A stretch of DNA of 61,053 nucleotides, the filler included, from Globobulimina sp. (lineage: Eukaryota): assembly GCA_003354225.1 (NCBI GenBank). It is 19 parts of 19 records of this genome, joined end to end, with 100 filler letters (N's around TTAATTAATTAA, not from the genome) between each part and the next. Parts side by side here need not be neighbours in the genome. Positions count along the whole stretch, not along the records: positions 51,508 to 54,623 come from PIVH01003687.1; positions 54,724 to 57,838 come from PIVH01003688.1; positions 57,939 to 61,053 come from PIVH01003689.1; 16 more parts are not named here. One strand, written 5' to 3'. Shown one piece after another: positions 51,508 through 61,053 of the stretch (positions are counted from its first letter, which is position 1; every line of letters begins with the position of its first letter). The notes beneath the pieces were generated by a model. It ran no database searches. It was not told the origin of the DNA and was given only the letters and a program-made list of their open reading frames with translations. The position numbers and the translations under genes are program-made.

Positions 51508-53075
51508 AACAGGCCAAGCAGATTACGAAGAAGAGAGGGCGCGGCCGGCCACGCAAAAGATGCATCAAAGAGGAAATCAGTGAATCTGAATCGGAATTTA
51601 GTACAAATAGTGACGAGGATGAGGGTATGAGCAGCAGTGAGGAGGCATACACTGAGACAGAGGAGGAAGATATGGAAGAGGATGAATTGAGTTTATCGGA
51701 GTATGAAATTGGAACAATTTATGATGACTTGCATGTGGAAGAAGAGAGTGCGTCGGATTCGAGTGCCAAAGATGAGAAAAGTTTCCTTGCTCAGGATATC
51801 AAATTAGATAAATTTATAAAACAACATTACGCGAAACAGAGTAAAAAGAAAGTTAAACGCGGCCGGAAACGCAAAAGAGATGAAATAAGTTCAGAGAATA
51901 ACGAGTCAGATATGGAAGATGAGGACAATGACAGTCACGATGCGAGCGACTTTATTATGTGCGATAACACAGCATTTGGGCAAAAAGGAGAGAATAAGAA
52001 CAGTAATATCAAGGTGAAGATAGAAGGCATTCGCATTAAACCAGAACAAAAGTCGAACAGTGATGATTTATTACGGCTGCCCACCTTCGATGTGCCGAGT
52101 ATACGTAACTTGGGACTCGGTTTTAATGACATCGACCTACCTTCGATAGCGAATTTATTCGGCAATGATGTGAATAATACGTTTAATAATACGCTAAATA
52201 GTTTAGGTTTGAATAATGCGCTGGATATACCCATGCCAGCTATGCCGTCATTGAATACCACCACGGCTGAATTAAACGGGCTATTAACGCACCTACAAAA
52301 TAGCCAAACTAGCAACATCAGCAACAGTCATAATAGCAATGGCAATCGCGGCAGGAACAGGAACAACGCGAATGGCAATGGCAACATTCATATGGATAAC
52401 ACAGTGGATTATAACTCCATTATTGAGTCGTTGCTAAGTGGTGGAAGCTCGTCACATTCGCAGCGACAATCTGCGCCCAGCGATGCGCAGTCATTTATTC
52501 AGTCCGCGGCGGCCCTGTCACCCATAAATAGTATGACTGGTAATATGAATCAAATGAATACAATGAATGCGATGAATACAATGCCAATCAATCAATTGAA
52601 TGCGATGAGTAATCAATTAAATATTATACAGAATAATATGAATCATCAACGACAAAGGACTGTGAGTTATAATAGTAATAATCCGTCGATTCATTCTTCG
52701 GAGGAGCCGATCCATCCAATTTCGAAAAATAATCAGAATAATAATAAGAGGAATTTCCTTCCGCATAATGGCGCGATGTTGAATGGGAATAAGTATTTAT
52801 TGAAAAAAATGCAGAATTCAATGGTGAATAATAAGGAGAGTGTGGATGAGGCACAGAATAAAGATAAGGAGGACTCAGAGAGTCCGTTTGTGCCTCCATT
52901 GGTTGAGGCGGTCTGCGGTGCGAATGGATGTGTTAAGACTAAAAGAGACGGCGGCAAACCTTTGTTAATGTGTGGAAGATGTTTTAATATCAAATATTGT
53001 TCCAAACGATGTCAATTGGCTCATATTCATGATCATAGACAGATTTGTAAGAAAAAAGGATCAACAAAACAATAA
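51508..53075 (+). CDS. AT-hook plus MYND zinc-finger protein (5' partial)
   Basis: KRGRGRPRK at about 51530-51560; Asn-rich linker; CGANGC..CGRC..YCSKRCQLAH..HRQIC. Confidence 0.85.
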
Positions 53076-53207
53076 TATTGACAATAACATATAAAATTAA
53101 TATACATACATTGTACAATTTCTTTTTCCTTCTTTTTTTTTGTTGAATGTTTTATTATAAAAATTTAAATACTACGTACGCTTTCTGGTAACTTTAAACT
53201 CGAGTTT

Positions 53208-54623
53208 TTATAATGTTTGATGCAACATGTTTTTCTTGAAAGTTTGGGCTAAAATTATGGGTTTTTGCAGGCTTTCATATCGTTGTTTGTATTGATCTAG
53301 TTTTTGTTGATTGGCTTTTAAATTATTCCTCGTTTCTTGGAAATCTATCACTAACACATCATTTCCAACAAATCCTTGTTTTTGTTTTAATTTTGTATTT
53401 TTATATCGTAGCGAATCACGTTTCTTCTTCAATTCATTCAATTCGTCTCTTTTTGTGTTAACTACATTATCTAAAAACGTTTGCTTTTCCGATAATTGGT
53501 GATTTATTTTATTAATAAATTGCAATTTTTCTTTAATGTGAGTTAATATCTGCACTGTGTTTGTGATTTTCTTTTTTAATTTATATAATTCGTCATTTCG
53601 TTCTTCAATTTTTTCATTCAATGTTTGATTCTCAATTTTTAATTGTTCAAAATCAATTAAATGCAATCCATCACTTAATTTGTCTTTTTCTTTTATTTTT
53701 TGTGTCAACTTTTTTAAACTAATATTATAATGAATATTTTTTAATCGTTCTTGTTCAATTTCATTATCAATTTCCTCCTCTTCCTCCTCTTTCTGTAATA
53801 TCCATTTTGGTTCAATTTTGCTTGAATTTCCTGATTTTTTAGTCACGTTTTTACATATTTTACGTTTGAAGTTTTTGTATGTATCTTTTAAGCTAATTGC
53901 GTTTTCGTCATTTTCTATGACGCAGTCCTTTAAATTTACAATTCGCTCATTATAATGTTTCTGTTTTGTGCTATATTCGATATGCAAATATTCAACTTCT
54001 TTTAATATAGTTTCGTATAATTCATTCTGTTTTGATTCCATGTTTGATGAAGTTGCTATTAAATTCATTGTTGATGGAACCTCAACACCCAAACCCAACG
54101 AATTATTATTTTTATGTACAATGCCGATCACTTGCTTTAATAAATGATAATTATATGATCGCAAATCCATTGATTCCTTCTTGGCTTCACACACTAATAA
54201 AGATAACTTATTTTCTCTTTCAATTCGCTCTAATTCCACTTCGTCAATTTCTTCCTCCTCTTCTTTATCATTTATTGTTTGTTCTATTGTTTGTGTCATA
54301 TTTGGCTGACTTTGGTTTGATTGGTTGTCATTATTATTTTCAGTAATCTCTGTTTCTTCAGTTTCGTCAACATTATCTTCCGCATTTTCTGGTTCAATTT
54401 CTGCTTTTTTCGTCTGTTCTGTATTTTGTTCATCAGCTTTTATTTCGGATTCTTGTGTCGCAGTTTCTGTTTCTGGCACAAGTTGTTGTTCATTTTTATT
54501 TTCTTGATTCGGCTTTTCCTTTTCGTTAATTTGAGTATCTTTGTTGCTGATTACATGATTCTCTATTTTTGTTTCTTCAATTTGAGGAGGAACAGTTATT
54601 TGAATTGCTTTTTCTTCCTTTTT
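53208..54623 (-). CDS. CCDC96/CFAP184-like ciliary coiled-coil protein
   Basis: GLHLIDFEQLKIENQTLNEKIEERNDEL..TVQILTHIKEKL; 5' end uncertain. Confidence 0.85.
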   Translation of the reverse strand, partial: KKEEKAIQITVPPQIEETKIENHVISNKDTQINEKEKPNQENKNEQQLVPETETATQESEIKADEQNTEQTKKAEIEPENAEDNVDETEETEITENNNDNQSNQSQPNMTQTIEQTINDKEEEEEIDEVELERIERENKLSLLVCEAKKESMDLRSYNYHLLKQVIGIVHKNNNSLGLGVEVPSTMNLIATSSNMESKQNELYETILKEVEYLHIEYSTKQKHYNERIVNLKDCVIENDENAISLKDTYKNFKRKICKNVTKKSGNSSKIEPKWILQKEEEEEEIDNEIEQERLKNIHYNISLKKLTQKIKEKDKLSDGLHLIDFEQLKIENQTLNEKIEERNDELYKLKKKITNTVQILTHIKEKLQFINKINHQLSEKQTFLDNVVNTKRDELNELKKKRDSLRYKNTKLKQKQGFVGNDVLVIDFQETRNNLKANQQKLDQYKQRYESLQKPIILAQTFKKNMLHQTL

Positions 54624-54723
54624 NNNNNNNNNNNNNNNNNNNNNNNNNNNNNNNNNNNNNNNNNNNNTTAATTAATTAANNNNNNNNNNNNNNNNNNNNN
54701 NNNNNNNNNNNNNNNNNNNNNNN

Positions 54724-55350
54724 AACAAAATATTGATTCCCATCGATATAACCTCTTAAATAATTATCCCTCGCATAGAGTATCGAACATATCATCGATT
54801 CAGTCACCAACATAGTGCCCATCCACTCAGATATGATGACATCCACTTTCTCGACGGGCAAAAATATGTCCTCAATCTTGCCATGCAACACACTTATTTT
54901 CCCCTGCAAACCGTTGGCGGCCACAATCTTTCTGGTTTTGAATGCAAATTTGGACGCTTCCACGCCATAAACGTGTTTGGCGCCATTTTGTGCACAAAAT
55001 ATGGATAAGATGCCAGTGCCGCAACCTACATCCAACACAATTTTGTCTTTGATGTATTTTTTCAGCGACAAACAAGCGTTTTTATATGATTGTGTGCGGG
55101 GTTTATCTGTTAACATTTCGTGATGGATTTTGATTGAATTGTAACCATCAAAGTATTCTGAATCTTGTAATAAGTCTTTTGCGATGTTCTCAACTAAACA
55201 TTTTTCAATGTGCTCGGGATAATCATTTGGATTCGTTTCCATTGCAATGCGGATTTGCACATTAAACTCATCGATGTAATGGTCCAGACGCAATTTCATG
55301 TAATTTGTTGGAACATAACCATACTTTTGATTGCATTCAGCGTACCACCA
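54724..55350 (-). CDS. Protein arginine methyltransferase (type I-like, 3' partial)
   Basis: YFDGY..HHEMLTDKPRT, VLDVGCGTGILS, VDVIISEWMG..ESM; start approximate. Confidence 0.93.
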
Positions 55351-55827
55351 ATCATTGGTTGTTCGTTCTATTATCTGTGTTTAAATGTGCATGTGTTTTA
55401 ATTTAGAGACGATATTGCGATGTCGATGGATATTAACATTTATGTGATCACCAAAGTGAACAGTCAATTGAGTAGAATCCTTTGCAATCCATGAATCAGA
55501 ACAAATACATTCCGTTGCATGTTCTAGAAGACCTTCGAAAAACGACGTCATTATTATTAACTCAATAAAAAGTTTTTGTTACAATTGAGAACCTAGCCCG
55601 ATATATCAATGAACACATTGACAGAAAGCAATGGAACAAAACAATCAAAGCATCCAATTTAGAATCCATTATTGCAATTAATACATTTGACTTTTTAGGC
55701 TTAAACTTTTCAACTTTGAATACTAGGATTCGAAACCTAGGTCAACTTCGAATACTAGGTTGAAAACCACTCTAGCTAACTCAAAAACCTTGCCAATCAC
55801 AAAAGAAGTGTTTAGAAGTTTAAGCCT

Positions 55828-55839
55828 TTATCCTTGCAC
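55828..55839 (-). promoter_or_regulatory. Intergenic motif GTGCAAGGATAA
   Basis: TTATCCTTGCAC on + strand, between the GAPDH 3' end and the PRMT 5' end. Confidence 0.6.
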
Positions 55840-55972
55840 AATATATATTTAGCCGTTGATTTGTTTGGCTTGGCTTGAATAAATTATACAAGAAGCAAAC
55901 ATATTAAACCACACAAAAGAAGGATACATATGTTATAATATATTAATGTAAACAAGCAAGCGCAAAAATCAA

Positions 55973-57028
<1,056 letters not shown>

Positions 57029-57117
57029 CTAGAATAATTTAAATCTTAACTAGAATATAATAAAATACAAAAACTTTTATCGTTTCTATAACAGAGTGCT
57101 GAAAAACAGTATTTGCT

Positions 57118-57129
57118 GTGCAAGGATAA
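57118..57129 (+). promoter_or_regulatory. Intergenic motif GTGCAAGGATAA
   Basis: Exact 12-mer, about 110 bp upstream of the GAPDH ATG. Confidence 0.6.
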
Positions 57130-57193
57130 GTAATGTGTACTACAATTTTGATATTAAATGGATAAGTATATAGACTACATATAATTATATATT

Positions 57194-57838
57194 TTATTGT
57201 TTATTATTTCTATTTTCAACATCACTGCTTTGCTCATTTTGTTGTTTTAATTTGGAGAGATTAAGATAATCTTTCTCTAAGTTTTGTAAATCTTCATTTA
57301 GCTCTTTTTGTTGATCTTTTGTCCATTTAACAAATACTTTATCATCTCTTTCCTTTGAATGTGCAGATTTTTCATGCGGTGGTTGCCATTCAACTAAAAC
57401 TTGTTTATTATCAGCTGAATCTTTATATATATGAGCGGCATCAATAACATTTATCATTTCATCGATTTTATCTGTTAAACTTAATGGTTTTGCTTTTGCC
57501 ATTGTTATAGCTGATGGATCGGCATTAAACTCTTTAACAACTGGTGATGACATAATATCTTCTTTATCTTTAGCTGGCGATGATTTTGGTGACGCTTTTG
57601 GAGACGGAATTTTTGTTTCATTGTATTCTGTTAATTTGGGAAAAGGATCATATGTTTTGGTTATGGTGGCTGTGGCTTTTGGTGCTTCCATTTGCAACGG
57701 TTGTTTTTTTGGAGTATCTGCAGTTTTTGAGTGTAACCCAAAACAATGTCAGACGAAGCTGTGAACAGTTCATATGGTTGGTTGATTGCAGCAATTTGTG
57801 TTTACAGTATTGGAGCTTTCGTAGTTGGGTTATTGTGT
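57194..57838 (-). CDS. Hypothetical protein C-terminus (5' partial)
   Basis: Open P/K/S-rich frame from the contig edge to the stop at 57194. Confidence 0.5.
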
Positions 57839-58231
57839 NNNNNNNNNNNNNNNNNNNNNNNNNNNNNNNNNNNNNNNNNNNNTTAATTAATTAANNNNNN
57901 NNNNNNNNNNNNNNNNNNNNNNNNNNNNNNNNNNNNNNATTTATAACTAGTTATAACTTATAACTTATGATCATTATTACGGGTTTCGAAACGATGGACC
58001 GTGTTTTATTTGTCCAAAAGCCAAAAGTGCTAAAAAAATGAATATTTATGAGATATTTGCAAAATTGGTGAAAACACAGAATAAACAAAATATTGCAGAA
58101 TATATGCATGAATACGATATTTTTAACAGATTTTTACAATTTTCTATGATTCTGTTGACCTAATTTCGATTATGTTAAAATACTATAAAATTCTTATGGA
58201 TTTTATTTGAATGAATACAAAATAAAAATTA

Positions 58232-60958
58232 TTATTTATTATTATTAGCAGTAGTGATTTGTGCAGCGAGTTGAAATTCTTTTTGCATGTTATTCCAAGT
58301 GACGTCAGTCACTCTTCTCCCGATATTATCAGTATTATCCAATGGATCCAATACAATTAAAATATTATTATGGTTATTTTGCAAATGACATAGATTTTTA
58401 TTCAAAAAACCATTGATTTTATTTTTCCGTATATTATGCGTAATGGATATTGCATGTATTTCTGGTTTAAACTCCTTATGAAAATACGTAAAAAACCCAC
58501 TGAACAATTCACCAATGTTATGTTTATTTTTTTGTCCAAAACTTACAAATTTCTCAGGTTTAACCCAATCTGGTTCATAATCTTTGTTCTTGTTGATTTC
58601 ATTCATATTTATTTGTAAAATGGGTAAAATCGGAGACTGTAAATGTTGTAAATAGTGTATAATCATTAAGGTGAAACCAAATGAATTTAAATCGCCTCTA
58701 TGCGTATTATTCAATTTCCTGGTTTTGACCCAATGTTTTATGGCCAATACCAAAGGTTTCACCCTCCAATCAATGGACACATATTTCTTAATCAATTTTG
58801 TTTTTATCACTGACTGCGTTAAACACACCGAAATATCCGATTGTAATCCATTATTTTCATCCGTTAACTTAACAATTGGCACCGTCGCATGTTCCAAGAA
58901 TATCACTTTAAAATGCGGCACTTTTACAATTTCCTCGTAAATCGGTTTCAATATTCTTTGAATGCGATGTTGTTTCACTTCGACGGTCAAATCCACGCTC
59001 TCATTATGTTTAAAATAATTATCAAATGATAATATATTATCGGCAGACAAATGTATAGAAATATCCAAATCTGATTCAATGTGATCCAATTTGGTCGCCA
59101 TGGAGCCAAATATTTCATATCTCGCATTGTGGCCATGTACTTTGATTAAAATATCTTTCAATTGCTTCAATAAACGATACCGTTGGAATATAATCTCATC
59201 CGTTGGCTGTTTAGTCAATGCTAAGCATAATACGCTTTTCATCAAACCATTATATTTCTTCTTTTTGCGAATGATTTTGTTTATTTCGTCTCGCAGCGAT
59301 AAGCCTCGATGGAAAAAGAAATCGCTGTCTGAGATATGAGAACAAGTCGAATATATCGGATAAAAACGAATATTTAATCGATAGGAGCCATCGCAGATGT
59401 TTTTATCTTGTAATATCTCATCAGAAACTATAGAAACACTGCCATCTAAGCCCAACTCGCTGTTATTTATTACGTTTGCTACGTCCACGCCAATCATCAA
59501 ACGGCTGTAATTATAGCCATCGCGCACTTCGTCATCACTCGCCGTCGCCGCAGAGGAAGATAACACATACAAAATATCAAAGTGTCGCTTGCCTAAAATG
59601 TTGACGATATTTGCTATGGTTTCTTTGACGTAGTCGCGATATGCGCCATTTATGTCATCTGCATAGCGCTTATCATCCACAAAATACTTGCAATTCAATA
59701 CGCGAATATGAAAGATATATTTGTTGGATAAATATTTATTTTTGTTTTTATTTTTAATGTTAACGTTTTTCTCATCGTTGACGCTTTCTTTCTTTTCGTC
59801 CGCCATATTCAGATTCATATTGACATTCTCGTCATGATGATTGATATTATAATTATTGTACTGATGATTGCTGATTCGATCTATAAATACCTGCAATAAC
59901 TGGACCACCAAATGGTGCGTCAATTTGTTATCAGCAACATCGGCCAGAATGGATTTGAATAACTGAATGCATTCTGTCTTTTGCTTACATTTACAACATT
60001 CCTCGCTCAAATCGCGCACAATGTCGACAATCATACGCAAATACGACGATGTATCCGGATCCTTAGCATTGTTATGGTTGTCTTTGTCATTCGCATTCTC
60101 GTTATTTGGCCTCGACACACAAAGGGAAGTAATCGCAGCGGAGTCTAATAACAATTTGCGTAAACAAATGATAATCGCATTGAAAGTGTGCTGATCATTG
60201 TTATTTAACTCATTTTTGTGTTGTTGCAATTTCGGTTTAATTCGAATAATTTGCTGTTTTAACCAAGCAACGATATCAGATATAAACACTAATTGTTTGT
60301 TGATATCGTTTAACTCATCGCCGATGTTTATAGTCCGCACAATGGGTATCCCGCTGCGGTCATTTATGGCTAAAAAACTGTCGACGCGCAAAGCTTGATC
60401 GCCGTCACAAATATCATCATCAAAGTCCATGTCTTTTTTTTTATTCTGATTTTTGTCCATTAAGTCTTCGTTCTCATCAATAGTGAAAATGGAGTTGTTT
60501 TCATCAAAATCGGCGTCTTCTTCTTTCTGTTCCAGTAATAAGTCGTCAATGTCGTCAATAACATTGTCCTCAGTACGAGTGTGAGTGTATGTGTATGTGT
60601 ACGTGTTCAATGCGGAGGAATTGGCAGAGGAGATATTGAAGAATTTTATGCTGTTATCGTCGCTCCAAAATGCCATCCATGTCCGGTATATTCCCTGTTG
60701 GATTTTATTCAAATGAGTGCGCTGTGCGTCGTTTAGTGAGGAGAGCGTTGGCGTGATTTGGAAGATTTCAATCAACGACATGGCGATTTGCATGCGTTTG
60801 ACGATGGACTCGATGTGGTAGAATCGAGTGTATATCTTTTGGATCAGTGCGAAATCATAATAGGCGAAGTTTAAAACGATGACTTGGCGATGTTCGTCAG
60901 TCGTAATCCATTTTAGTAATTCGATGAATCGTTTTGCAAAACGGACGACTGTTCGCAT
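58232..60958 (-). CDS. Non-canonical poly(A)/terminal uridylyl transferase (Cid1/TUT/GLD2-like) with long N-extension
   Basis: FGS..SDLDI, ATVPIVK, DIS, LNSFGFTLMIIHYLQ, GELFSGFFTYF, DPLDNTDNIGR. Confidence 0.92.
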   Translation of the reverse strand: MRTVVRFAKRFIELLKWITTDEHRQVIVLNFAYYDFALIQKIYTRFYHIESIVKRMQIAMSLIEIFQITPTLSSLNDAQRTHLNKIQQGIYRTWMAFWSDDNSIKFFNISSANSSALNTYTYTYTHTRTEDNVIDDIDDLLLEQKEEDADFDENNSIFTIDENEDLMDKNQNKKKDMDFDDDICDGDQALRVDSFLAINDRSGIPIVRTINIGDELNDINKQLVFISDIVAWLKQQIIRIKPKLQQHKNELNNNDQHTFNAIIICLRKLLLDSAAITSLCVSRPNNENANDKDNHNNAKDPDTSSYLRMIVDIVRDLSEECCKCKQKTECIQLFKSILADVADNKLTHHLVVQLLQVFIDRISNHQYNNYNINHHDENVNMNLNMADEKKESVNDEKNVNIKNKNKNKYLSNKYIFHIRVLNCKYFVDDKRYADDINGAYRDYVKETIANIVNILGKRHFDILYVLSSSAATASDDEVRDGYNYSRLMIGVDVANVINNSELGLDGSVSIVSDEILQDKNICDGSYRLNIRFYPIYSTCSHISDSDFFFHRGLSLRDEINKIIRKKKKYNGLMKSVLCLALTKQPTDEIIFQRYRLLKQLKDILIKVHGHNARYEIFGSMATKLDHIESDLDISIHLSADNILSFDNYFKHNESVDLTVEVKQHRIQRILKPIYEEIVKVPHFKVIFLEHATVPIVKLTDENNGLQSDISVCLTQSVIKTKLIKKYVSIDWRVKPLVLAIKHWVKTRKLNNTHRGDLNSFGFTLMIIHYLQHLQSPILPILQINMNEINKNKDYEPDWVKPEKFVSFGQKNKHNIGELFSGFFTYFHKEFKPEIHAISITHNIRKNKINGFLNKNLCHLQNNHNNILIVLDPLDNTDNIGRRVTDVTWNNMQKEFQLAAQITTANNNK

Positions 60959-61053
60959 GTCATTCTTCCAGAAGTTTTGATAGGCGTCTTATTGCAAAAT
61001 GAGAGCATTGAGAGCTAGGAGGAAATATTTGCATATATTAAAGTGTACAGTAC

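Overview
This window is not one locus. It is a concatenation of 19 short contigs (about 3,115-3,122 bp each, sorted by decreasing length), joined by artificial 100-nt linkers (N-run + TTAATTAATTAA + N-run), so genes on different contigs are not neighbours. The DNA is AT-rich, gene-dense and eukaryotic. It has short GT-AG introns (mostly 55-80 nt), intergenic gaps as small as about 60 bp and the standard genetic code. Gene content and style suggest a protist, plausibly a foraminiferan/rhizarian; this is an inference and was not tested. Recognisable genes include GAPDH, F1 ATP synthase delta, ribosomal P1, kinesin-4, a MYCBP2-type RING-Cys-relay E3, a PRMT, a Cid1/TUT-type nucleotidyltransferase, a beta-carbonic anhydrase, MATE and Na/Ca transporters, a sulfatase, a CCDC96-like ciliary protein and several orphan multi-TM proteins. 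Most notable: (1) an intron-containing ankyrin-flanked RelA/SpoT ((p)ppGpp synthetase)-like protein; (2) a highly divergent Piwi/Argonaute whose first catalytic Asp appears replaced by Lys; (3) a stand-alone T4 Rnl1/Trl1-like RNA ligase; (4) a 10-12 bp motif, (G)TGCAAGGATA(A), recurring only in intergenic DNA of five independent contigs; (5) PTS1-like C-termini on GAPDH and beta-CA. A few contig ends look chimeric. All family calls come from motif recognition by eye, not database searches.
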